From Octopus vulgaris (Eukaryota): DNA of 64,000 nt. This document shows, in pieces, positions 14,069 to 26,516 of the stretch. Location: positions 26,660,001 to 26,724,000 of the forward strand of contig OX597830.1 of NCBI GenBank assembly GCA_951406725.2. The letters are read 5' to 3'. Every line of letters begins with the position of its first letter. Position 1 is the first letter of the stretch. A program made the position numbers and the translations under genes. The notes below the pieces were generated by a model. The model saw nothing but the letters and a program-made list of their open reading frames with translations. It ran no database searches and was not told where the DNA came from.

Positions 14069-14786
14069 TGTGATGTGTATGCCTCTTTGCGTGTGCTTGT
14101 ATATGTATATGTGGAAGTAGAAAGACCGAATGGTTACAAATTTTATTTCGCAATATAGAAGACCCCGGTTCAATTTCATTCCGCAGTATCTTAGGCAACT
14201 CTGTTTCATCAGCTCTCAAGGTTGAGCCTTGTTTTGTCAATGAATGTCGGTGAACGGAAATTGTACGCAATTCAGAATAGACCCTCTCCATATATTATGC
14301 CACGCAGGGTCTACCTGACGATTTCACTTGTGGTGTATGCTCAAACATCTACATAATAATTCATTGAGAAGGTAATTCGTCTGGCTGGGAAAATCTACAA
14401 ATTCAAAAAGGATTAGAAAGTCAGCAATCAAGGAGAGAATTTATTTTGTTATTGGTAAAATATCCCTGGTAGTAATGTAGTAAGGATTTTCGATGAGGGC
14501 TGAATATATATTTTTTTATACAGTTATACAGTTATAGAGGTAATGAACAAAATTAGTATTTTAATAAGCTATAGGTACACATAAATACATAGATTTGTAC
14601 ACATATATACACATTTATATATGTAATATATACGAAAACAAAGAAATATATTAACTTTATATTACTTGTATCTTCACAGAGAAAAAAAACAAAATTCAAA
14701 TAGCACCTTTACATGCATACTAAAACAAGAATTTTCTGCACTTTCGAACGTGATTTAGATTCGAAATGCATCGCATTTTAATATTC

Positions 14787-15122
14787 TTTTCTACTCTTGG
14801 CACAAGGCCCGAAATTTGGGGGAAGGGGCCAGTCGATTAGACCAACCCAAGTGTGCAACTGGTAATTAATTTATCGACCCTGAAAGGATGAAAGAACGTA
14901 AAGACAGACGAAATACCTATTTCTTTACTACCCACAAGGAGATAAACGCAGAGAGGACAAACAAGGACAGACACACGGATTAAGTCGATTACATCGACCC
15001 CAGTGTGTAACTGGTACTTATTTAATCGACCCCGAAAGGATGAAAGGCAAAGTCAGCCTCGGTGGAATTTGAACTCAGAACGTAATGGCAGACGTGCTAA
15101 CGTTTCTGCCAGCTCGCCGCCT
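14787..15122 (-). mobile_element. SINE family A, composite copy
   Basis: Core cgaccccgaaaggatgaaaggc and head ctgccagctcgccgcc. Confidence 0.8.
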
Positions 15123-16807
15123 TATCTTATTTTAATATTGTGAAGAATTGTGTGTTTTAAGAGAATTGAAATTCAAGGAATCTTTTCAAAACGTTGTTTA
15201 TCAACGGACATTATTGTCATCAATATTTTGGATCTCATATGTGAGCAGAATGTTATAGATATGTCCCCTAATTGAATCTCTCCTCTGCGTATGTAATTCT
15301 TTAAACTTTTTTAAATGCTCATAATTTGTAATTGTCAACTTTTTTTTTTTTGCTCTTTCCTGACTCGGTGAGGTAGGTATGACGCAGTCGTGGCTCAGTT
15401 GTCGTGGGAGGTAGACGTTGTTTTTGTCTAGTCATCCCATGTGACTAACACAGTTCAAGTTTTGGTTTAAAGCATATTGTGACAGAGATTGCCTGTTCTG
15501 TTAGTTTTTAATGTTAGTATTAATCATGAATATTAAGAAATACCATAAAATTGTGTATTCTGTGGGTATTTTCAAAATAAATGTGACCTGAATTTAAGAT
15601 TTTTTAGTTTTTCTTTAATTTTATAATTAATTTTATTGTAATCTTTTATATTAATATCAATTAATTACAAGGGTTTCAAACTTCTCAGCAGTGAGTGCAG
15701 ATATACCCTGAACCGATAAAATGAGAATATTTCACATAATACTAAAATTATAAACATTTTTGTATTGGGGGTATGTAAATATCCCAGGTGACTAACCATG
15801 TTCGGAAAGATCAGGTGACTAACGAAAGTTTAAAGCAGGCACGTTATAATTTCGCTTTCTTTCCACAACCGAAACTCGAAATATTGTCTTTCGTTCTCGC
15901 AGTAAGAGAAAATTATGGCTGTTTTCATTAAAGTTTTTAGTTTTATTAATAAAAATATTCAGTAACTCTCCGGTGTTGACCTTAGCTTTTTTCTTTTACC
16001 TATTTATCTTCAGCAATGATTCTAAAACGGTACAGCACGACACAACCGTATGGCCCGACGTGTGTCTTTAAAAATTCAAATATTAAATATTCGCATCTTG
16101 AAAAAATGAGTTATTTACCAGTTTGTTCCCATACGATGTGTGCCAATAATTGGTTTGACCAATCCTAACCTCTGTCCTATACTGGAATTAAAATTCATTA
16201 TAATTTACCAATAGAATTATCTTTTGGTTTTAAATTTAAATTTATATCTAATTTTACAAGCATCCATGTTTCTTTTAAACGTGGGTTGCAGTTTCAAAAT
16301 GAAGAAGGTAAAAAAGCTAGAGAACATTGACTGAAGACGTTTCTTATTCTTTTTTCCCTTCTGGGTTTTCGGCCACTTTTATTCTTGTAGTTCTTCCCCC
16401 ATAAGACCTTATTCCTCGTATTTTCTCCCATACATCACTTTCCATTGAAGACTGGCTTCATTCATCTTCGGGGATGGAGGTAAGCCGATTACATCGATCC
16501 CAATGTTCGGTTAACCGATTTTGTAGACCCCGAAAGAATGAATTGTAAAAGTCGACCTCGGAGGAATTCGAACTCAAAGCATAAAGACGGAGTGCTAACG
16601 ATTCTGCTCAGCACCTAACGACATGCTCCTTAATATTAATGGTTTCTTTATGAATAATTCATATCCATGTGAACAATGTTGAAGATAGATTGTTTTACTG
16701 CAACATTTAATCAATGTTATTGTACCTACGTACGGAAATCTCATTAATAAATCATATCAAATATATTTGTTTCTTTTATTTGTCAATATACTTATATATA
16801 CATATAC

Positions 16808-16858
<51 letters not shown>

Positions 16859-17339
16859 CATGCATGTATGTATAATCGTATTTGTATATTTACACTCACA
16901 CACACATGTATATAAAATATATTTGTGTGTGTGTTTGTATGTGTATGTACGTTTTATGTGTGTGCTCTTGTGTATATTTACTTTTGTCCGTTTCAGTAAA
17001 TGAGGTACGGTCTTACTGGAATATCGAATTCGAGTGTTTGGCATAGCGGTTCACAACCAGGGTCCATATGACCCTTGGTGTTCAATACAAGATTTTCTTG
17101 TCAAAATTTATCTTCAATAAATTGATTGTACTTTTGTAACACATAAAATATTTTGATAATCATTTTCACCTAATTCCTAATAATGTTTAATTATAAAAAC
17201 ATAAGAGGATTTTTCTTCTCTATTACCTACATAGGAGTCTATATCTACTCTAGCTAACTCCACGCAATCTTCTACTAATATCAACCCTCTCCCACCTTCC
17301 TTTCTAGGTAGGTATAATCTTACTATTCCTGGCCTTGAG

Positions 17340-18095
17340 TGGAATCCTCCATTCCTACTACTGTCTAGTTTTGCTTATTCAGTTTTTTTTCCAATCTACA
17401 AAAGCTGCTGAGTATCTAAGTAATGATACTGCCCAAGTATTTACAACCTTCACCAGGTTAGAACCATTTGGCGTTGACTTCATTAGCTTCCTTACCCTTT
17501 CGATATACTCCTTCTCAATTTTCAATTTCATTTCTATAGTTAGTATTCTGTCAGATTCTAATACTCCTAGATACTTATAACTCTCTCCTCTTTCAATGAT
17601 TTTAATGTTTAGCCATCTGGTAATTGGATATCTTCGCTGTTGACCACATGTTCCCTCCTCATGACTAATATTGCACACTTATCTATGTCAAATTCCATGC
17701 TTAAACCTTTACTGAAGAGTTTGTATTAAGGAATCTGTCGCTTTTTCATTCTTACTTAAAAGCTTCAGATCAACCATATAGAGCAAATGGTTAATTTTTC
17801 CTTTACTATTTCTGAACTGACACCCTACCTTTGACTTCCTTAATACTAAACTAAGGGGGATCAAACATAAGACAAATATTAAAGGAGACAACGAGTCGCC
17901 CTGAAAAATTCCTCTTTTGATATTAACTTTCCGTAAGAGTGTGTCGCCTGAGTAGAAATGTACTTTCAATTTCTTCATACTAAAGCTAATTAATTATCTT
18001 AAATTTTCTGCTATACTGAATATACTCAAACATTCACTTATCCATGAGTGTGGGATCATGTCATAGGATTTCCTATAATCTATCCATGCTATTGT
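17340..18095 (-). mobile_element. Decayed reverse transcriptase fragment, R4/Dong-like non-LTR element
   Basis: AWIDYRKSYDMIPHSW, RGIFQGDSLSPLIF, INHLLYMVDLKL, SYKYLGVLE, VNTWAVSLLRYSA, with stops and frameshifts. Confidence 0.85.
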
Positions 18096-19947
18096 TTATC
18101 TGCTTTAACAGGTATATCCCAGATGATTGTGGCTTGGTCGTTGTCTTATACCTTGTTTGTCACATGTTTATTGTCAGTTTTTATGTTGTAGTGTTGGTAT
18201 ATTGTCCAGTTGGACTACTGAGTCTGAGGTGTTGTTGAGAAGGAGACCAACAATAATGCCCAAAATATCAAGGATTAATTGACATCTTTTAGTAGAAACG
18301 TTAGAGCCAACATGAATAAAGATCACCTTATCAATCCATTTAATCGTTTAAAAACCTTATCACCACGTCGAGCCAATAATCGATACTGATGGCAGGTTCA
18401 TTGAATAGACGTTTGATATGTGTATAGAAATATGTCATGCCCTGTATACATAAACAAAAAAAGCTTTCTAAGTTAAAAGAAATTAATAGATTACATACTT
18501 AATCTACATAAAGTATTCATATGCATATAAATATATACGATATCGAAAAACGTATGTTCATATATATATATACACACATGCATATGTATGTGTATGTGTA
18601 TGTATATATATATATGTGCGTGTCTGTGTATGTGTGTGTGTATGTGTTTGTGCCTGTGTCTGTGTATGTATATATGCATGTATGTATGTGTGTATATATA
18701 TATATGTGTGTGTGTATTGCTTTTAATAGTATCATGAAAATATTGCGTTAAATAACCTTTTGGGGAAAGGAAATCTGAGAGAACCTTTTCGAAAACAAAA
18801 ATTTTTTTCACGTTCTCTCGAATGTTGTCCATAAGTACTCATCGCAGACAAATTATCTTATGCTAGATGTTAAATACAATGGCTGTAGGCAATGTCCGTG
18901 CAAACATTTAAAACCAATAACAGCTTGCATTTATCTACTAAGGCTCTCACCTGAAAGACCAACAAGTCCAGAAGCAAACAAGAAGATCGGTTTCGCTTTT
19001 TGATAGCCGTTGATACTATCAACTTCGTTTTTGTATCTGGTTTGCAAGACTCTATATGTAAATTCGTGTGTTGACGTAAATTTTCTTATGTTTGGAGAGA
19101 ATCATATTTTCTTAATGCCTTAGTATCTAACACACTCTCCGCTTCAATTTCCATTTGTTTATATTTTTTATTTTCCAAACTTTCCGTTGCTTGTCAGTGG
19201 ATTTTGATTCTATCCGTTATCGGAAAGCAACTCAGATAATGGACAGAGTCAACATCCATTGAGAAGGTTATAAAGGCAACGAACATTTTGGAAACGAAAA
19301 AAAAATATTAATAATAAATGAATGGAAATCTATTAACTTCATTCTCCCTTTAAAAGGTTTTGTTTTCGTCATGTAGTGTGTCCGACAATAAACACTCTTC
19401 TTACCAACGAGTTTTGATAGTATTGCCGATTAAGTAGCCGACGACCTGAAATTGCGACAGGTTGTGCAATGTTGCATTTAACGAGTAGGATTAGGAACAC
19501 AAACACACATACGTTTCTGACTTGTGAATTTATTGTATTTCATAACAGTTGTTCACACATTTTAAGCCTCTTTAAACTTGCATAAAGGACCTGGCGACAC
19601 GTAAATTGACAATAGCTTGGGTTTCTTTAGAAAGTCCGCTTGAAAGAAATCCGTCGAGGAGAAATTTATGAAAGAGCATCGGAAATCTAATGTATCTGAT
19701 TTTCGTTATATATATTTTTTTGAGTAAATAGCCAATGGTCATAAATAGCCAATTACAAGTCAGTCCAGTAAATAATATAAATTAAATCAATCATTTAATT
19801 ATACATCAAAAAGGCTCACATGCTGACATATGCAACATATATTTGTGTGCATGACTGTGTGTGTATACATATATAAATATATACATATATGCATATACAT
19901 ATAAATATATATCTATATGTTTCATATATAGATATATATGTGTGTGA

Positions 19948-19981
<34 letters not shown>

Positions 19982-20149
19982 ATGTATGTATACACACACT
20001 CACATACACTCATACACACACATATATATGCGCATATTTCTATATGTATCTGTATGTATTTGTATATACATACACAGATATGAATATATGCATGTGCTGC
20101 ATTTTTATTTACACAACTGTCCCTTAGTTACACTACCTTCGCTCCACCC

Positions 20150-20187
<38 letters not shown>

Positions 20188-20257
20188 CGCGCAATATGTT
20201 CTCTATTTCATATTAGCTCTTGGCTTTCTTAGCATTGAATTGTGACAAACGATAACC

Positions 20258-20294
20258 ATGTCGAAACATCTTAAACATTTTGCTTCCTATTTTG
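20258..20294 (+). CDS. First coding exon of PAN gene 2 (start of signal peptide)
   Basis: accATG, then MSKHLKHFASYF+G|gtaagt (phase 1, consensus donor). Joins in frame to 25348. Confidence 0.7.
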
Positions 20295-20747
20295 GTAAGT
20301 TCACTTTTATCATTATAGTTAACGGTGTTGCTGTAGTTATTTTTATTTTTGTAAATGTTGCTGTTATTTCTGTTATCGCTACTGTGTTGCGCTTTTTGCT
20401 GCTTTTTTTGTTTTTTTTTTGTTACTGCTTTTTAAAGCTAGAAAGATCGATGTTCTGGGAATCCGATAGGTGGTGACTCTGGAACATATATGAGGTTTTT
20501 ATGCCTTTTTAACGCAAGAGAGAATTTTTCTTCGCAGTAACTGTCATGAATTTACATTTTAACAGTTAAAATATGTCAGATAAATTTTAACCAACATAGA
20601 GTTTGCTATATATATATATATCAGCCGAAATTGCGAGGATGATCTGGTTCTTGACTGAGTATAGAAAGCTTCGAATATCTGGATGTTTTGTTGTCCCTTT
20701 TTGTATCACCTAGTTGTCCGGATGTTTTGCGTTCTTGTCCCATTTTG

Positions 20748-20793
<46 letters not shown>

Positions 20794-21477
20794 CATGCTT
20801 GATCGCTAAATTCACAAGTTTTTATATCATTCGCTCCCTGTTTATTTTCTCGTATTCATTTTTGTTGAAGAGCGTAGGCTCGAAACGTAAAAGACTTTCT
20901 CACTTTCCCGAGCGTCAAACTAATAATACACTTGCTTGCTGTTCATACACCTGTCTTCGTCTTTTGTTATTTTTTGTAAATTTCAACTATATTTATATAG
21001 AATAAAAAATGCAAGCAAGGGATAACAATATTCATAAGTATTCAATAAACCTGGAAAATACAGGACAAGAAAAAAACCTAAAATACAAGAAAAGAGCTTG
21101 AAATATTGCAGCTAAAATAAAATTTGAATGGGTGGCTAATTAAACCAAGCCATTCATTGTTGATCCTCCATCTTTCACCGACTACGTAAATCTAAAATAA
21201 AATAAAAGAGCTTAAAATTCTGCAGCTAAATATAAAATTCGATAAAACTAATCTAATGCTTTATCATAAATTCCCATGTATCAAATAAAAATTGTTTTAA
21301 GATTTTTGAAATATAGATTCGTTTTTGTTTCTTTATTATTGATACAATGTTATAAAAATGATCTTTACTTTTCTTTCGTTATAATCAACTCTGAGACATT
21401 TACATTTATCTGAGGAAAACTTAGATTTATCTAACAGTAAAATGAACTGACAAACGGTTACTCTTTACTCTTTAAAA

Positions 21478-21709
21478 GGCGGCGAGCTGGCAGAAACGTT
21501 AGCGCGCCGGACGAAATGCTGAGCGGTATTTCGTCTGCCGCTACGTTCTGAGTTCAAATTCCGCCGAGGTCGACTTTGCCTTTCATCCTTTCGGGGTCGA
21601 TAAATTAAGTACCAGTTACGCACTGGGGTCGATGTAATCGACTTAATACCTATGTCTGTCCTTGTTTGTCCCCTCTATGTTTAGCCCCTTGTGGGTAATA
21701 AAGAAATAG
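21478..21709 (+). mobile_element. SINE family A, full length
   Basis: ggcggcgagctggcagaaacgttagc head, gagttcaaattcc B-box-like motif, core, aaagaaata tail. Near-identical copy at 26766-26997. Confidence 0.85.
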
Positions 21710-22041
21710 GTTACTCTTTACTCTTCTACTTGTTTGAGTCATTTGACTGCGATCATGCTGGAGCACCGCCTTTAGTCGAGCAAATCGACCTCAGGACTTA
21801 TTCTCTGGAAGCCGAGTATTTATTCTATTGATCTCTTTTGTCGAACCGCTAAGTTACGGGGACGTAAACACACCAGCGTTGTCGTGTTGCAGATGAACGC
21901 CATTTTGCCTATTCGATGTTTTTTTTTTTTTTTGCTGAATTACTTCGTTGAGTCGGTGCAATTGTTAAATGCAGAGTTCCGCATTGAGAGTTTGCTTGCG
22001 CTCAAAAAATTCGTAATGAATTATGCCTTCCAAGTCCCACC

Positions 22042-22423
22042 ATGGAGGCGTAATGGCCCAGTGGTTAGGGCAGCGGACTCGTAGTCGTAGGATCGCGGTT
22101 TCGATTCCCAGACCGGGCGTTGTGAGTGTTTATTGAGCGAAAACACCTAAAGCTCCACGAGGCTCCGGCAGGGGATGGTGGTGATCCCTGCTGTACTCTT
22201 TCACCACAACTTTCTCTCACTCTTACTTCCTGTTTCTGTTGTACCTGTATTTCAAAGGGCCGGCCTTGTCACTCTGTGTCACGCTGAATATCCCCGAGAA
22301 CTACGTTAAGGGTGCACGTGTCTGTGGAGTATTCAGCCACTTACACGTTAATTTCACGAGCAGGCTGTTCCGTTGATCGGATCAACCGGAACCCTCGTCG
22401 TCGTAACCGACGGAGTGCTTCCA
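22042..22423 (+). mobile_element. SINE family B (tRNA-derived), full length
   Basis: tggcccagtggttagg A box and ggtttcgattcc B box. Other copies at 25508-25871(-), 31561-31733(+), ~32170-32552(-) and 55970-56275(+). Confidence 0.85.
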
Positions 22424-22769
22424 CCATTCCATACACAGAACGTGGTCTTTCGAGGATGAAGGTCTTGTTTTGCGGAGTCGCTTGTTTGTTGAGGCTGAGC
22501 CATTCTTTTCGCTGCTTCATATTGTCTCTTAACACCAGCTCTTTCCAGTTTTCCTACTCTCCTTTGTCTTTCCTTACCTTCTTACTGTCCTTCTTTCGTA
22601 TAGGTCTGTCAAAACTGAGCTGTCCCTTTTCACCCCATGTCCAGCACTCCTAAGTGTAAACTTTTTACTACCGTCTGCCTTTGCTCTAACTTCAGGTTGT
22701 AACAATCTTGCATCGTGTGTCCTGGCTTCCACACTATCAACAATTAATTTCAACCTCTCCAGTTCTTTG

Positions 22770-23363
22770 TTATTCAAACAGTTTTTTTCTCTTATGTCCG
22801 ACCTTCTCGCAGTACCAACAACTTTCATTCAAGCTTCCTACTTCACATTCTGGCTCCTTCCTTGCTATGAATCCGGAACTGTAGTTAACTTGGAATCTTT
22901 CTGTGCCAGACCTTACATACGACTTAAATTCCAGAGCTCTAGCCAATGCCTCTTGCATAGTATTCGGCCGTGCTTGTTTCACTTGAACTTTGAACTCTAC
23001 ACTGCTCAAAGCGTCGATAAACTTCTCTTTTAGAAGAGTCAAAAGTTCCTGGGCAAGCTCTTGTAGTGATTCTCCTCTAGCGCTTAAGCGGGTCCGTAAG
23101 GCTTTCAGGCACATGGTGCCATATCTTCTCTCTAACACTTCAACTAGTGAAGAATAACAGCTTCTTTCCTCAACAGACAACTAACTCAGTACGTCTAGCG
23201 CAGCACTCTTTGGACTAGAATCAAGTTGAAATGCTCTTTGCCCATCGTTCCATCCATTCTGGTTAGACAATAGCTCAAACTGGACTCGGTAGGCCTTCCA
23301 TGACACTTTGCTGTCAAATTCTTGTGGCTGCTTCGTAATAGAGACTTTACTGCGGCCTTGCAC
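22770..23363 (-). mobile_element. Gypsy-type LTR retrotransposon gag remnant
   Basis: PQEFDSKVSWKAYRVQFELL..NGW, GESLQEL, FIDAL..VKQARPNTMQEAL, and zinc knuckle CWYCEKVGH, with internal stops. Confidence 0.8.
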
Positions 23364-23768
23364 ATTTTTGCACCAGTTTTTTTTGCACTAATTTTTGGCT
23401 ACTTAAAGCAACATCACCTTTTGTATCTAATATCTTTTAACGAGGTATTCACCAAAAGATTCTACTCATTGATTTTTTTCTAATAGTAATGATTATAGAT
23501 TTTTTTGTTTTTAAATAACTGAGAAATTACGAGTCACTGTAAATATTAGGCGTTACTCTTTCATTTTTGGCCCTACATTTTTTATCATAATTTTTTTTCT
23601 ACTGAATTAAATTTCGATTATTTCATGTCAAAATGTAGCTTACTATTGGTCCATCATAGTGCAAAAAATCGCATTAAGATCGAGCTTATTAGTGGTAAAG
23701 CGTTAAATTGGCCTGGGGTGAGTAAAAGCCGACCTTAAGAATGTTATTCACACACTGCGGTGTGTGAA

Positions 23769-23841
<73 letters not shown>

Positions 23842-24689
23842 TGTTTATTTATATTTATATTTTCATAAAAGTATTTCGAACCAGAAATTTCTACATATGA
23901 AACATTTTGCTGAAAGATCTAAAAAAAAACCCTGTAGCATTTCATATAAAACAGGTTCTAACCTCTCAAATTCCGTAACTGTTGAGCGATGGAAAGGGTA
24001 ACGTATCTACGCCTCGCAAGAAAACGGGGGCTTTTCTTACACCTAACAGTAATTGTCTGGAGATCACCCTGGCAATATATGTGATATAAAGTCTTGCATA
24101 ACATTTTCTGTGATGCTTCGTCTTGAATATGTGACACTCAGATGTGTATGGTGCCAGAACTGTGTAGATCGCTAATAGCTTATTATATTTTGCTTCTGAA
24201 GAGGTGGCCTAGTTTATCTGATACAATTGTTGCAATGTTATATATGTGATGTTACTATGAGAAATTCCCCGAAATTATGAAGTGAAGCATTTGAATCAAC
24301 TTTGAGGCCTTTAAATGAAATTGCTTGTTGTTATTGATGTTGTGACCATTTGCTGTTGATACAGTGGTCATCATGATTTCTACAAGAAGTAGCGTTTTAT
24401 TAGTAATGTATTAACCTGTTTGGTGACATTATTGTCTACTATCTTCTATATAGCCGCAAGAATGTATTTATGGTTATAAAATCTGCTTCACAAATACGTT
24501 GCCCTTGGTTCGATCCAGCTGTTCATATCTTGGACAAATAAATTTTACCACAACCACCAGTCAGTCAAGCCCCAATAAATGAAATTCGGTTGGAATAATC
24601 TGTAAATCTATCAAGGGCTTTACTCGTGTTCTTGGAAGGAAGTTTTAAACTGTCACCGTTGCTTGTGTCCATGAGTTGAGCGGTGACGA

Positions 24690-25259
24690 GCAAGCAAAAC
24701 AGCGGAGATTGTGGCTCGTTGATTTTTGTTGTTGAACCCATGCTCCATACTTCTGAACCTTTCCCATCGACCGAAGATGCTTTTCTATAGCTATGTGGGA
24801 GCATTCCATTTTCTCTGCCAGTTCCCATGTCGTTTGACGAGAATTTTCGTGCAAGTTGGTTTAATCGCTTTTCATCGAACTCAACTGGTGCGAGGTGCGC
24901 CTTTGAGGTCTAAATTTCCATTTTTCAACTTGGTACACCAACCACGAGCGGTTCTTTCAGCTATGTCACCCTCTCCATACACATCACAAATGTTGCGAGC
25001 AGCTTTTGCGGCCCTAGAACCTTGATTAAAAGCAAAAAGGAGGAGGTGTCGAAAATGCTCGTTTTCTTAACTTGACATTCCAATTTAATGATCTGAAAAT
25101 AAACAAAAATTAACTAAAATTAACTAGAAAAAAAAAACAAAATAGATTCCAAAAAGGATTCAAAAATAGAATTCTCGAAAAAAAAATAGATTCCAAAATT
25201 AAAAAACGCAATAAATTCCAAAATTTATAAAAATAGCGGTAACTTAGTTGCCAACCCAA
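24690..25259 (-). mobile_element. Mariner (Mos1/SETMAR-like) 5' fragment
   Basis: TIR ttgggttggcaactaagt next to TA (25260-25261). HFRHLLLFAFNQGSRAAKAARNICDVYGEG HTH region and KYGAWV motif. Confidence 0.8.
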
Positions 25260-25347
25260 TAGAAGTTGTTTCCTCATCTGATCGAAGTTTCGATACAGAA
25301 AAATAAAAATAGCATCGCAATTTATAATTTTTGCTTTCTAATTTCAG

Positions 25348-25380
25348 TGTTATGTCTTTCTTTGATATCTCCCGGAGAAT
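25348..25380 (+). CDS. 33-nt exon 2 of PAN gene 2 (hydrophobic core of signal peptide)
   Basis: tttctaatttcag|TG...GAAT|gtaagt, phase 1-1, (V)LCLSLISPGE. Joined to exon 1 it reads MSKHLKHFASYFVLCLSLISPGE. Confidence 0.7.
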
Positions 25381-25507
25381 GTAAGTAAAAACTATTCATT
25401 ATTCTTTTCTTCATTCGAAAAATATCTCCTGACGTAATTGGATACGTGTGTGGTTACGTCTGTGTGTGTGTGTATAGTTATGTCGGTCTGTGTGTATATA
25501 TGTGTGT

Positions 25508-25871
25508 GGAAGCACTCCGTCGGTTACGACGACGAGGGTTCCGGTTGATCCGAATCAACGGAACAGCCTGCTCGTGAAATTAACGTGTAAGTGGCTGAGC
25601 ACTCCACAGACACGTGTACCCTTAACGTAGTTCTCGGGGATATTCAGCGTGACACAGAGAGTGACAAGGTACAACAGAAACAGGAAGTAAGAGTGAGAGA
25701 AAGTTGTGGTGAAAGAGTACAGCAGGGATCACCACCATCCCCTGCCGGAACCTCGTGGAGCTTTTAGGTGTTTTCGCTCAATAAACACTCACAACGCCCG
25801 GTCTGGGAAATCGAAACCGCGATCCTATGACCGCGAGTCCGCTACTCTAACCACTGGGCCATTGCGCCTCC
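25508..25871 (-). mobile_element. SINE family B
   Basis: Reverse complement of 22042-22423, flanked by a tatatgtgtg TSD-like duplication. Confidence 0.85.
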
Positions 25872-25964
25872 ACAATATATGTGTGTATTATATTAACAAA
25901 ATAAAATATATAAAAATCACAATCAGACTTTACAATAGTTTTCTTTCTATCTTTTTTATTCTAG

Positions 25965-25991
25965 TGGAAAGTCCGCCTGATATTAGAATTG
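25965..25991 (+). CDS. 27-nt microexon, copy A, of PAN gene 2
   Basis: tttttattctag|TGGAAAGTCCGCCTGATATTAGAATTG|gtatgt, phase 1-1, (L)ESPPDIRI. Confidence 0.6.
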
Positions 25992-26033
25992 GTATGTATA
26001 CGATTTTTTAAAAAATGCCTTCCAGGTTACGTC

Positions 26034-26064
<31 letters not shown>

Positions 26065-26142
26065 AGCTATGTCGGTCTCTGTGTGTGTGTGTGTGTGTGT
26101 GTGTGTAGCTATGTCGGTCTGTGTGTATATATATATGTATGT

Positions 26143-26182
<40 letters not shown>

Positions 26183-26290
26183 TTATGTCGGTCTGTGTGT
26201 ATATATGTGTGCATTATATTAACAAAATAAAATATATAAAAATCACAATCAAACTTTACAATAGTTTTCTTTGTATCTTTTTTATTCTAG

Positions 26291-26317
26291 TGGAAAGTCC
26301 ACCTGATATTAGAATTG
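26291..26317 (+). CDS. 27-nt microexon, copy B, of PAN gene 2
   Basis: tttttattctag|TGGAAAGTCCACCTGATATTAGAATTG|gtaagt. Same peptide as copy A with one synonymous change and a stronger donor. Confidence 0.65.
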
Positions 26318-26391
26318 GTAAGTATACGATTTTTAAAAAAATGCCTTCCAGGTTACGTCTGTGTGTGTGTGTAGCTATGTCGGTCTGTGTG

Positions 26392-26453
<62 letters not shown>

Positions 26454-26516
26454 CGTACATGTTTGCGTGCGCGCGTGTGTGTATGTGGGTGCTTGCGTGC
26501 GTGCTTGTATCATATA

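Noticed and set aside
22042-22115. tRNA gene
   Set aside because: The tRNA-like head continues into a multi-copy SINE body.
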